Positions 27,227 through 36,841 are shown, numbered from the stretch's first letter. The stretch is 44,159 nt of DNA from a virus (IMGVR_UViG_3300037851_000130:1-44159); one strand, 5' to 3'. The notes: a model not told the origin generated them from the sequence alone. Numbers and translations: made by a program.

Positions 27227-29341
27227 TTAAAAATTGCAGCGTGTCGAATAGTTCACAATCTTTCCAGCACTTGCACAATAAAAGTATAATACCTCACTTG
27301 CTCCCATATCTATGGCGAGAGATTTTCCAGACTCGAGTAATGTTCCGAGAGTTGCTCCAGTTGTAAATCTCCAATAAACATCTGTATCACTTGCATTATG
27401 AACTATTAAAACATGTGGTGCTGCTGGTGCAGTATTTGAGTAAGCAGTATTTGCTAATGTTAGTGTTAAGCTTGTATCATTCTTTGCTCCATCTCCACCG
27501 TTTATAAATACTCCACCGATTTGATTATCACTTGCTAAATTAGTTACTGAACCAGTTACTGTTACATCGTTGTTTGCTCCAAGATTAACATAAATTGCTC
27601 TCGCATCTGCGTCTCCTGTTGGCATTAGGTTTGTTCCGTCTGTGTTCCTATTATATAGGTAGTTATATGTTCCTCCATTGGCTACATCAAGCTTTGTGTT
27701 TGAATTCCAATCTCTAAGGCTTAAAAATGGAACATCTACTGAATTATTTACAATTGCTGTTGTTTCGAGTACTCTTTTGATTCCCCATCCACCTGTTCTT
27801 ATATCAGCGAGTGTGTTTGCTGCGTCATCAAATACTACACCAAAAGCAAAATATGTTATAGCACTTGTGTTTGCTCCATTACCTACTTGACTTGTTGGGT
27901 CGTTTATTCCTATATCTATATCGTTCCAACCTGCTGTGAATAAATCATCATCAAAATCATATTGCCAGTAGTTAGATGAATCTGTTCCCATCTGAACGAA
28001 TACTTTGGCTACATTTGTTAAATCGCTGATATAAACGTGGCAGTGTCCTATTGCGTGAGTTGAATATTCACTCATATCGAAAGCATCTATTGTTCTATAT
28101 ATCCAAGCAGTTGTTCCTCCTGCTATTTTGTCAAACTCTAATGATTTTGTTCCTGGTCCTCTGTGCTCTACACTTGTTGTAAGATTATCTGTTCCAGTTG
28201 CTCCTTCATTCCAATCAGTTGTTGCTTCGAAAAGAGACTGAAGAGAATACCCAGCACAAGATACTCCTATTGCGTTATCACTTCCGAATTTTGTGCTTGC
28301 TGTTATATCTGCTTGTACTTCTCCACTTGCTGTGAATACTTGTTTATTAGAGGATGTGTCTACTGGTGTAACCAATAACCCAGCACTGTTTTCATCGAAA
28401 TATAATCCATAATACATGTTTGTTACGTCTGAAAATCCACCAGCTAAAAATCCTCTCGCGCTGAAGTCTGCAATAGTTGTGTAATCAATAGGTATGTGGT
28501 TTATTGGATACCATTTGCTATCACTTCTATCCAGAGCAGCCATAGGATAATTGTATTGTGTTGTTTTATATGCGTCTGCATTTTTAACTGCACTCATCTG
28601 AACCTCACTAAAAGTATTATAATCATAGCCGTAAATTTTAGCAGAAATTGGGTCATTAATCTTTACAGGCAAACACCAATAACTTGAACCATCAAGTTGT
28701 GTGCTGATATAATGCCAACTACCTAAACCAGTAGAATCCCAGCCATATATTGCTGTTGGTGTTTTTCCATCTGTTTCAAATACTTGTTTATTTCCACTAG
28801 CATCTTTTGGAGAAACTAAAAACGAACCGTTTACATCTAATGTTGGGGTTTGCCAGTATGTATATGTTTCATCTGGTGCTAATATTGGTATTCCTCTTTC
28901 TGTCCATATTATCAGCTCGTTCCAGTCTACTTTTGGCAAACTCAATACTCTTGGAGTTGCTTCATCTGGTGCCAAACCATAAGTTAGATGTTTGAATAAA
29001 TCATTAGAATTATCATAACCCACTGAACCCTTAATTCCAGTTAAAACCACATCTTCTGTTTCGTCCATTGCCGAGTCTCCTGCTGGTGTTACTAAACTTA
29101 CATTACCACTTGTTATATGTCCATGTTCTAAATTTGTAAGTGTTCCAGATTTAATAACTACATTATCTACTATTACTCCACCAGATATTGTTAATTCTGT
29201 ATCTACATATAATTTATTACCAGATGTTCCTAATGCTGCACCTGTTGAATCTACAAGAGTTGTATGCAATCCACCGCTTGTAACATATACTGGTTTTATT
29301 ATGCTTCCATTGGCCAGTGCATGATGTGTCATTATGGTCAT
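27227..29341 (-). CDS. large virion fibre-like protein (neck/head appendage candidate)
   Basis: Acidic, Thr/Gly-rich, multi-domain; ATG 29341 overlaps the upstream TGA; internal repeat LVSPKDASGNKQVF / LVTPVDTSSNKQVF. Confidence 0.7.
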   Translation of the reverse strand: MTIMTHHALANGSIIKPVYVTSGGLHTTLVDSTGAALGTSGNKLYVDTELTISGGVIVDNVVIKSGTLTNLEHGHITSGNVSLVTPAGDSAMDETEDVVLTGIKGSVGYDNSNDLFKHLTYGLAPDEATPRVLSLPKVDWNELIIWTERGIPILAPDETYTYWQTPTLDVNGSFLVSPKDASGNKQVFETDGKTPTAIYGWDSTGLGSWHYISTQLDGSSYWCLPVKINDPISAKIYGYDYNTFSEVQMSAVKNADAYKTTQYNYPMAALDRSDSKWYPINHIPIDYTTIADFSARGFLAGGFSDVTNMYYGLYFDENSAGLLVTPVDTSSNKQVFTASGEVQADITASTKFGSDNAIGVSCAGYSLQSLFEATTDWNEGATGTDNLTTSVEHRGPGTKSLEFDKIAGGTTAWIYRTIDAFDMSEYSTHAIGHCHVYISDLTNVAKVFVQMGTDSSNYWQYDFDDDLFTAGWNDIDIGINDPTSQVGNGANTSAITYFAFGVVFDDAANTLADIRTGGWGIKRVLETTAIVNNSVDVPFLSLRDWNSNTKLDVANGGTYNYLYNRNTDGTNLMPTGDADARAIYVNLGANNDVTVTGSVTNLASDNQIGGVFINGGDGAKNDTSLTLTLANTAYSNTAPAAPHVLIVHNASDTDVYWRFTTGATLGTLLESGKSLAIDMGASEVLYFYCASAGKIVNYSTRCNF

Positions 29342-29721
29342 TGACTTACACCCTCTGTAATCATATTTGCCCATTCCTTTCCATGTAAAAAGAATGCTGG
29401 TCTTAAGAATGGTCTCCATCCAGTTTGTGTGCTTGATGGTATTGGATTTTCTATTGTTCCTATTTTACAGTTTAATCCATATTCTACATTTGCTGCATAT
29501 TCTACTGGTGTTCCTACCTTGATTATTAAATTATTTCCTTTTGTATAAACATAAGAATTGTCTCCTTCTATAAAACTTCTTGCTAATCTTCCAGTAATCT
29601 TTGGACACATCTCCTGAACTGTTGGTATAATCTTATATCGCATAACCATATTTGCTCTTTGCTTGTATGCTTCCTTTAATACTTCTGGTTTTATTTTATT
29701 TTTTACTTTAGCACTTATCAT
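29338..29721 (-). CDS. HK97 gp10-like tail completion/neck protein
   Basis: CPKITGRLARS, VEYAANVEYG, RPFLRPA. Confidence 0.85.
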   Translation of the reverse strand: MISAKVKNKIKPEVLKEAYKQRANMVMRYKIIPTVQEMCPKITGRLARSFIEGDNSYVYTKGNNLIIKVGTPVEYAANVEYGLNCKIGTIENPIPSSTQTGWRPFLRPAFFLHGKEWANMITEGVSQ

Positions 29722-29723
29722 AA

Positions 29724-30116
29724 TCACACCTTTGCAAATAATTTTGCGAAACTAAACATAGGACTGCCCATCCATGTTTTCTTTTCAGCTTCATGGACTT
29801 CATATACACTTCCAGCATGAACTACTAAATCATTACTTGATAAACAATAACTGCCGTTAGTGATAAATACTGCATCAGCGTTTTCAAACTTACCTTCCTT
29901 GATAAGAGAATCCCCAAACAATCTATTAACAAATATACCATTTACATTTGCAGATGCTCCACTTGATGTTGATACATCTCCAGTGATATTAGAATAAACT
30001 TTGGTAGTAACTCTTGTACCAAATGCTGCACCAGCTTCGCTGATTAAACTTTCTATAATTCCTGCAAACTCGTTATACTCTACCACATAATCACCACTTG
30101 GCTTATGCGTATACAA
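29724..30116 (-). CDS. head closure/stopper-like protein
   Basis: Size and position between adaptor and gp10-like gene; beta-rich. Confidence 0.6.
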   Translation of the reverse strand: MYTHKPSGDYVVEYNEFAGIIESLISEAGAAFGTRVTTKVYSNITGDVSTSSGASANVNGIFVNRLFGDSLIKEGKFENADAVFITNGSYCLSSNDLVVHAGSVYEVHEAEKKTWMGSPMFSFAKLFAKV

Positions 30117-30456
30117 CCTTGTATTTTATTCCACGCACAAATAGCAAACTCTTGTTTGCCTGTTCTACGAAAAACTTTAATTGTTCTGAGCTTCCTTTTG
30201 ATATGGACAATCCGTCTGTACTAAATGTTACTGCACCACCATCAAGATTAGCTCTCGCATATGCAGCTGTAAGGTTTACCACGGCATTAAAGTATTTCTC
30301 TGGTACATCCGCACATGATATACTTGTTCCTGCAAAGTTTGTTACATCCATTACTGCACCACTTGCTAAATCAATCATAGCTCCTGATACAGATGAACTT
30401 ATTCCAGTCATCCTTGTCCAAACCATTGTTGCTGCTGAACCTGCACTTAGTGCCAT
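30103..30456 (-). CDS. head-tail adaptor-like protein
   Basis: 117-aa helical; AVVNLTAAY; position. Confidence 0.6.
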   Translation of the reverse strand: MALSAGSAATMVWTRMTGISSSVSGAMIDLASGAVMDVTNFAGTSISCADVPEKYFNAVVNLTAAYARANLDGGAVTFSTDGLSISKGSSEQLKFFVEQANKSLLFVRGIKYKVVYA

Positions 30457-30457
30457 G

Positions 30458-30655
30458 TTAAAACCCCAATAATTTTAATACTAATTGTCCACCTGATATT
30501 ACTCCAAGTAATACCAAGACTATCCAAACCTTGTCTATCTTATCTTGTAAGTGTGCTATATGGTTATCTCTAAGATTAAGTAAGTCGGCGTGCATATCTT
30601 CAAGCCTTCTGTCTATGTCTTTATGTTTTGCTTCACATACTTTATCAGTAACCAC
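30458..30655 (-). CDS. coiled-coil + C-terminal TM protein
   Basis: LRDNHIAHL then hydrophobic tail. Confidence 0.6.
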   Translation of the reverse strand: MVTDKVCEAKHKDIDRRLEDMHADLLNLRDNHIAHLQDKIDKVWIVLVLLGVISGGQLVLKLLGF

Positions 30656-30663
30656 ACAACCAC

Positions 30664-31101
30664 CTAATATTTATGCCAAAATATTGACACATTTGCTGCT
30701 ACTTGTCCTGCACCAATAGTTGCTCCACTTGTTGCGAGTAGTGAACCTCCTGCAAATACAATTGCATTCTTTGGTAATACTACATTTGTATATACATTAT
30801 TTCCAGATACTGGTGTTGCTACTGTTCCACTTACATTATTAATTATTATTCTTGGATAGTATGTTCTTGTTGTTGTTCCAGATAGACTTGATACTTCTAA
30901 TAGTCTTTCAGTTGTTCCTGATATTCCAATCCAAAGACTTCCACCATTTACAAATCCAGAACCTGTTGTTACATCTATCACTACCTTTTCTACAGCACCA
31001 CCGAAATATACATAATCGTTTCCACCACGATATACATTATCTATTCTTGTCTTTCCTGCTGCTGATGCTAAAGGTATTATTACTTCATTTAACTCTGCCA
31101 T
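30664..31101 (-). CDS. putative virion structural protein
   Basis: Ser/Gly/Thr-rich, within head module. Confidence 0.65.
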   Translation of the reverse strand: MAELNEVIIPLASAAGKTRIDNVYRGGNDYVYFGGAVEKVVIDVTTGSGFVNGGSLWIGISGTTERLLEVSSLSGTTTRTYYPRIIINNVSGTVATPVSGNNVYTNVVLPKNAIVFAGGSLLATSGATIGAGQVAANVSIFWHKY

Positions 31102-31134
31102 TATTCTCATCTCCAACTTTTTTAACCTGAAAAA

Positions 31135-31163
31135 GTTAAAAAGGGAGGGCTTTCGCCACTCCG
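31135..31163 (-). terminator. GNRA-capped hairpin followed by T-tract after capsid genes
   Basis: Minus strand GGAGTGGC GAAA GCCCTCC CTTTTTAACTTTTT. Confidence 0.55.
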
Positions 31164-31165
31164 AT

Positions 31166-31939
31166 TTACACTAAGCTAACTAATGCAAATGCTGATGCTC
31201 CGCTTGCTGCATCGCCGACTGCTCTACCTACACAATAACCAACTTCATTGATTACGCTTGGTGAACCTGCCATTGCTGCTACTCCATCTAACTGTGCTCC
31301 TGCACCCATCTTTAGTCTGTCTCCATACACTACGTTTGAGTTTGCTCTTCTGTAAGCAAGACCCTTAACTAAAATGTCTGGATAACCACCTGAAGCTGTT
31401 GTTGTTACACATACACCTATTGGTGCTGCACAAGATGCCTTTGCTGGTATAACTAATGTTTTACTTCCAGCTACCCACATTCCACCAGATATAATTGCAT
31501 CACATTTTAATGGTGATGAAATTACTACTCCTGTATAGAATGGTGAGCCTCCACTGAACTTCTCTCTCTGAGCATTTACTATTCCGCCTGGAACATTTAT
31601 TCCACCAGCTGCTGTCAAACTTCCTGCTGATAGATTAATGTTCTTTGTTGAAGTTAGGTCTGCTGTTAATGCTAATCCTGCACCAACTATGCTTCCAGTT
31701 ACACTTAAGTTTGATGATGTTTTTAGTATTCCAGTTGCTACAACTGAACCAGCACAATTTACATTATTTATATAAGATGTTGCTGTTCCAGATATTACTG
31801 GTACAATTAAACTTCCTGTTAGTGTTGTGTTTACTGTTGTTTCGCTTGTCTCAGACGAGGAGGTTATTGTTGCTGCAGCTATTGTTCCGCTTGTACAACT
31901 AAATTCGTACGTTGATAATCCATCTTTTAAATTTCCCAT
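31166..31939 (-). CDS. capsid fibre/decoration protein (C-terminal cement-like domain)
   Basis: PIGVCVTTTASGG..ILVKG...VGRAVGDAASG; follows MCP. Confidence 0.65.
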   Translation of the reverse strand: MGNLKDGLSTYEFSCTSGTIAAATITSSSETSETTVNTTLTGSLIVPVISGTATSYINNVNCAGSVVATGILKTSSNLSVTGSIVGAGLALTADLTSTKNINLSAGSLTAAGGINVPGGIVNAQREKFSGGSPFYTGVVISSPLKCDAIISGGMWVAGSKTLVIPAKASCAAPIGVCVTTTASGGYPDILVKGLAYRRANSNVVYGDRLKMGAGAQLDGVAAMAGSPSVINEVGYCVGRAVGDAASGASAFALVSLV

Positions 31940-31968
31940 CTTTATCTCCTCCTTATATTAACTCAATC

Positions 31969-32826
31969 CTAAGATGTTGTTATCTTATAGATTGCTGCTG
32001 TTCTCAAATAACTTACCTTTATTCTCTGAGTTACTACTGCTCCAGACAAATCGAAAGTCTTGTCGTCATAGTTTTCAACAGTAACTGGTCTCTTTTCTGC
32101 TATTACGAATGCGTGGTCCTTATCAATTATATATGCATATTTTGCATATGTGCTTGATGGTGCTACGTTTGTGCTGAACTGCCAACACTTCATTCCGAAT
32201 AGTGTTCCAAGGTATCCTGTTTCTAACATTTCTCTTGTTCCTAATTTGTTAGCTTCTACGAATGTATCTATGTTTCTCAAATCAGATAGACATTCATAAC
32301 CCATTATTAAATCGGTTGCTTTGTAATCGTTGTTTTCTAATCCCAACATTGCTGTTGTTATGTCAGATATTGCTAATGTTGCTCCACCTGATTGTGTGCT
32401 TGCTGCATTGTCAAGAGCGTCTGCAATTATTAGATTGTCTTCATTTTCAGCCATCTCTCTTCCTGCATACATTAATGCATTTTCAAGCATGTTCCACTTA
32501 CCATCTTCCATCATTTCTTTTGTGATAGCAATTCTAACTGCATATTTTAGTGGTTTTAGATTTATACTTGTATAAGCTGGTGCATCAAGGGGTATTGCTG
32601 CTCCTTCTGCAACTGCGAATACTCTCATTGAGTCTGGTGTTACAAGGTTTACATCTACTGATGAACCTGGTATTCCATCTGGACCAATTACATATGCTGC
32701 TAATTGTCTACCGATTAATCTTTTCTTCACTGATTCAATCAAAGTATCAAAAATCTTCTTTTCGATAAGCAGTGAACCTTCTGTTCCAGCCGAAGTTGTT
32801 AATAATTCTCTTATTGTTTCTGGCAT
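31969..32826 (-). CDS. major capsid protein (HK97 fold)
   Basis: GSLLIEKKI, VAEGAAIP, ITKEMMED, GTLFGM, AIYKITT. Confidence 0.9.
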   Translation of the reverse strand: MPETIRELLTTSAGTEGSLLIEKKIFDTLIESVKKRLIGRQLAAYVIGPDGIPGSSVDVNLVTPDSMRVFAVAEGAAIPLDAPAYTSINLKPLKYAVRIAITKEMMEDGKWNMLENALMYAGREMAENEDNLIIADALDNAASTQSGGATLAISDITTAMLGLENNDYKATDLIMGYECLSDLRNIDTFVEANKLGTREMLETGYLGTLFGMKCWQFSTNVAPSSTYAKYAYIIDKDHAFVIAEKRPVTVENYDDKTFDLSGAVVTQRIKVSYLRTAAIYKITTS

Positions 32827-32839
32827 TTTTTTCTCCTCC

Positions 32840-33316
32840 TTATAAGTTCAAGTGCAATAGGTTGAATGCATTTGCTCCTGAAGTGCATGACTGTCCGATA
32901 AACATACCTATTACATCGAGTCCTGTATTTACTGAACCTGTTAATGCGTTAGCTGCACAGCCTTCTCCTGCTGTTGCATATGTTGCTGCTGCATTGGTTG
33001 CTGTTGTTGCGTTTCCATTTGCTGGAACGACTAAGTCTCCTTTTCTTATCATTGCAACAAAATTCTTTGTTCCAGAGCCACAGTTCATCAAAGCCATACC
33101 TAATGGTCTTGTTGTTCCGCTTCCACCTGGTGTTACATTTATAACATTATTGTCAAATGTTACTACTCCGCCTGACAAACTTACTGATGTTGCTCCTGCT
33201 ATTGAACCTGGAATCATCCACCATCCACCAGAACAAGCTCCGTATACTCGTCCAGTTATAATGTCTGTTGGCTTATCATTTACTATTCCTATATATCCTG
33301 CTGATGTACTTGCCAT
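32840..33316 (-). CDS. capsid decoration/cement protein
   Basis: Between scaffold and MCP; PLGMAL...MIRKG...IG pattern like 31166..31939. Confidence 0.65.
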   Translation of the reverse strand: MASTSAGYIGIVNDKPTDIITGRVYGACSGGWWMIPGSIAGATSVSLSGGVVTFDNNVINVTPGGSGTTRPLGMALMNCGSGTKNFVAMIRKGDLVVPANGNATTATNAAATYATAGEGCAANALTGSVNTGLDVIGMFIGQSCTSGANAFNLLHLNL

Positions 33317-33330
33317 ATTTCATTACCTCC

Positions 33331-34458
33331 TTATATATAATACATACTTACGCCATTTCTTGTATATTCTTTGCAGAATTTCTTTCCTTTCTCATCAACG
33401 TAAATTGTTTTGTTTCCTAATTTTTGTACAGATTCTTTTGTTTCTGTACTTTCGCTAACCTTTCCTTTAGGTTTAGCTGATTCAGTTGCTGGTGCCTCTT
33501 TTGGCTCTTCTGCCTTTGGTCCAAGCATCTGTACTATCTGTTCCAATTTTGCCATTATCATCTGTACTGGGTCCTGTTGTGCAGGAGCTGGTGCAGGTGC
33601 TGCTGGTGCTGGAACTTCTTCTTTTATTAAATTCATTTTATTCTCCTCCTGTTTAAATTTCTCTGTTGCTTTAAATTCTACTTTTACCATATCTGGTAGT
33701 GATGTCCATCCTCTTCCCGCCATACTTTCTGGGAATCCTAAATTTCCTAACCAATCTACTTTATCATCAGTAGACATATTCGTCCATTTCTTATTTGCTT
33801 GGTCATCACTTAAAACTTCTTTAACATTAACTTTTGCTTTTTCATACATATTTCTTACATCATTAATATATGAAATCATTTCAGAATCGGATATTTCCAT
33901 TTCCTTCATTTCATCTCTCATAAAACTATCTGCTTTTACTATTTGTAATATCTGTTGTGGTGTCTTATCTTTATTTGCTAATACTATTCCATCTAATATA
34001 TCTGAAGCATCTCCACTTAATAATCCCATGCCTCCTTCTTTTAGATTTGTCTTTACTGATTCGCTTTGTGATATAGATGTTCCACATACTCCTGCTATTG
34101 GCACTAAGCTTAATTCCTGAAAAGTAATTCCTCTTGCTTCCATTATGTCTGACTCATCTGACTCTTTGACTAACTGGTCTACTATTGCTCCTATACTTAC
34201 TTCTTTGATTAAACCTTTTTTTATTTTTTCTTCCATTAAGGTATCGTCAATAAATCCTTCTCCTGTAATAGATTTGTTAGTATCGTTATACATTGTTATG
34301 TTTGTTCGTCCAACAACGTTATCACATTTAGCATCATGGTCTTTTAGAATTGGTTTGTCTGCCATGCTTCCATGTGATTTCTTTAATTCATTTGCTGTAT
34401 ACTTAATATTGTTTTTGCTTGTTCCTTCCCTTACTGCTGTAAATTGAACTGGTATCAT
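33331..34458 (-). CDS. prohead protease fused to insert and scaffold region
   Basis: SKNNIKY, PILKDH, VVG, EVSIG, ELSLVPIAG; Pro/Ala-rich C-terminal part. Confidence 0.85.
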   Translation of the reverse strand: MIPVQFTAVREGTSKNNIKYTANELKKSHGSMADKPILKDHDAKCDNVVGRTNITMYNDTNKSITGEGFIDDTLMEEKIKKGLIKEVSIGAIVDQLVKESDESDIMEARGITFQELSLVPIAGVCGTSISQSESVKTNLKEGGMGLLSGDASDILDGIVLANKDKTPQQILQIVKADSFMRDEMKEMEISDSEMISYINDVRNMYEKAKVNVKEVLSDDQANKKWTNMSTDDKVDWLGNLGFPESMAGRGWTSLPDMVKVEFKATEKFKQEENKMNLIKEEVPAPAAPAPAPAQQDPVQMIMAKLEQIVQMLGPKAEEPKEAPATESAKPKGKVSESTETKESVQKLGNKTIYVDEKGKKFCKEYTRNGVSMYYI

Positions 34459-34463
34459 ATTAA

Positions 34464-34559
34464 TCACTCTTTTATTTTTATTGTTGCTCCTTCTATTATC
34501 ATTTTTACATTCTCAGCAACTATTATCTTTCCATCTTCTGTTAATTTCTTTTTCTGCAT
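34464..34559 (-). CDS. 31-aa peptide upstream of protease
   Basis: Hand translation MQKKKLTEDGKIIVAENVKMIIEGATIKIKE; GAGGTGA RBS. Confidence 0.5.
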   Translation of the reverse strand: MQKKKLTEDGKIIVAENVKMIIEGATIKIKE

Positions 34560-34560
34560 T

Positions 34561-34875
34561 CTACTTCACCTCAATATATTCACTGTGTGGTCTTGTTCTG
34601 TGTGTTGATTCATCGTCTCCAAAATCATTTTTCGTATGAACCTTGACTTTATCTATTGCCCATGCCTCAGTTCCAAATGCATTGTTTTCTATTCCTGCAA
34701 AACAAACCTGCATTTTATTTCTTGTGCCTGTGTTTCCATTACTATCTGTCCAGTTTCCAACTATTTTAACAGATTCATTTTTAAGAACTTCAACATCTCT
34801 ATTGCAACTATGAACATAATCATCAGAATCAGAAGCGTATCTCATTCTACAACGTGGACAAACATGTACAGACAT
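34561..34875 (-). CDS. zinc-finger-containing hypothetical protein, first gene of capsid operon
   Basis: CPRC...HSC; leaderless ATG about 21 nt after TATA. Confidence 0.7.
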   Translation of the reverse strand: MSVHVCPRCRMRYASDSDDYVHSCNRDVEVLKNESVKIVGNWTDSNGNTGTRNKMQVCFAGIENNAFGTEAWAIDKVKVHTKNDFGDDESTHRTRPHSEYIEVK

Positions 34876-34935
34876 AATTTTTAAACACATTCTGGTATAT
34901 AAAAAGATTCCATTTTTATTAATAAGGTACTTTAA
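34875..34935 (-). promoter_or_regulatory. class B (late) promoter, duplicated at 36842..36902
   Basis: Ungapped match including tctggtatataaaaag, taatttttaaaca and TAARGTACYTTA palindrome. Confidence 0.8.
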
Positions 34936-36764
34936 AGATTAAATATACCAGCCCAAGAACATCGGCAGTTTGGATGCAGTGGAATTTTACCTCTTGCATC
35001 ATGTATATTGAATATTCTACCATTTAAATCGTTGCATGTCGGACATAACTTGTTATCTCCTATTGCTACAAATCTTACTGTACTTATTCCATCTTCAATA
35101 CATCTGTCTAAATAAGCTTCTGCACTTGCTTTTACTGTTTCTGTTCTTGCTATTACCATTGCTCTGTCTTTATCTTCTACTACTGGTTCTATGTTTCTTG
35201 CAAACTGGTTAAGTGTTGAACCTTTCTGGAATGCATCTATCAGTGCATCTCTTACTTTATTTAATTTAGTATCACTTAAGTCTACTATATCTGGTGATTT
35301 CTTAAACTCATCTTCCTTTGGATTAAATCGTTTCTTAAGATAATTTATAATCTGTGGTAATAATCCAGCATTCTTTCTATTTGTCCATTCATCTATTGTA
35401 TAATCTTCTTTTACTTCTTCGTGTATCTCACAGCTACAATCTGATTTTATAAATGGATTAGGTTTTGGTTTTGGTTCAAATGGATTATTCTGTTTAGGTG
35501 CGAAAGGATTAACTTTCTGCTCAAATGGATTCTTAGGAGCAAAAGGATTTGTATTAGTCATTGGGTTGTTATCAACTATTGGCTGTGGTGCAAATGGATT
35601 GTTCTGGACTTCTAAATCTATTTCAAGTAATCTTGATATCTTTCTTAGAACTGGATTTTTAAATTCTGGTATATTTACTAATGCTGTTAATTGCATTACA
35701 TCCTTCCATTTATCATTTTGTGTTTGTGGCTCAAATTCAAACTCAACTGTTCCAACCAATCCCTGTGCATTAAAGTATGGTGTTAATATTTCTTCCTCTA
35801 CTACTGCTTCAATTAATAATCTTATGCTATGTACTCTTCTATCAAATGCTTCTAACTGAACACTTGCTAATCCTTCTGGTATTGAGCCCTGTCCTAATAA
35901 TACTAAAGGAACTTCTGTTCCATATACAATCTGATTTTCAATATGTTTGTTAATCTCTTCAAAGTTTGGTAATTTACTTGCTACATCCAATACACTCATT
36001 TCTACATTGTGTGATGTTACAAATTCTGTTCTTTCGTTTATATATTGTAAATCGTTAGCAAATGCTGTTATGTCATCATCCTTTGCTGGTTGCTGTTCAT
36101 TTCCAAGTTTAGCCCAGTAAGGTGCATTGGCCTTTCTTTCCATTAACTTAACCATTATCTTTTCCATGTTTAGCTTATGTTCTATTGTTTTTAGAATTGG
36201 TGCAATAATAGAATATCCATAAGCAGAATCTCCTACTACATTATATTTAAAGTGAACCATTTCGTGTGTTTTAAAGTCTACTGGTTTGCCGATATTTGAC
36301 ATGACCTGAGTATATCCTTCTACCTTACCATATTCATCTCTCTTTACAAACATATACTTTGGACTTAAACATTTAAAGTCGTCAAAGTTTCCAACCTTTT
36401 CAACAAACGCATTTCCATATATCATTAAATCTTTTGCTATTGTCTTAATTAATAAATCAAATCCTATTCTATTAAGAAATTCCTGTCCGCTTATTTCTAT
36501 TTGTGGATTATCTGATTTAATATGAAAGTCTGAACTTGTAATCTGGTCTACTGTTTTATTAATTGCAGAGTGTATAATCGGCACTTGTTTATACGCTCTT
36601 TCAACCAGCTCCATATCAAATGGATGGTCTTCGCCATATTGTTTTTTCCAGAACGATTTGGCTGACTCTACTTTACCTTTTCCATAACTACCTCTATTTC
36701 CCCAGAATATATTAGCGGTCTGAGTAATTGGCTTCCTCAGCCACGCATCAAATATCGACATCAT
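34932..36764 (-). CDS. portal protein fused to MuF/SPP1 gp7-like head morphogenesis domain
   Basis: LMIYGNAFVE, MVHFK, YGYS, VPLVLLG; C-terminal IARTET, CPTC..LNG, PLHPNCRC; NPF-repeat linker. Confidence 0.9.
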   Translation of the reverse strand: MMSIFDAWLRKPITQTANIFWGNRGSYGKGKVESAKSFWKKQYGEDHPFDMELVERAYKQVPIIHSAINKTVDQITSSDFHIKSDNPQIEISGQEFLNRIGFDLLIKTIAKDLMIYGNAFVEKVGNFDDFKCLSPKYMFVKRDEYGKVEGYTQVMSNIGKPVDFKTHEMVHFKYNVVGDSAYGYSIIAPILKTIEHKLNMEKIMVKLMERKANAPYWAKLGNEQQPAKDDDITAFANDLQYINERTEFVTSHNVEMSVLDVASKLPNFEEINKHIENQIVYGTEVPLVLLGQGSIPEGLASVQLEAFDRRVHSIRLLIEAVVEEEILTPYFNAQGLVGTVEFEFEPQTQNDKWKDVMQLTALVNIPEFKNPVLRKISRLLEIDLEVQNNPFAPQPIVDNNPMTNTNPFAPKNPFEQKVNPFAPKQNNPFEPKPKPNPFIKSDCSCEIHEEVKEDYTIDEWTNRKNAGLLPQIINYLKKRFNPKEDEFKKSPDIVDLSDTKLNKVRDALIDAFQKGSTLNQFARNIEPVVEDKDRAMVIARTETVKASAEAYLDRCIEDGISTVRFVAIGDNKLCPTCNDLNGRIFNIHDARGKIPLHPNCRCSWAGIFNL

Positions 36765-36841
36765 AACGCCCCAAAAAATCTTTGGGATAAATATAAGGAA
36801 TGGGCTTACAAATAATTTGTAGCCCCTCTTAGGGTTTCCTT

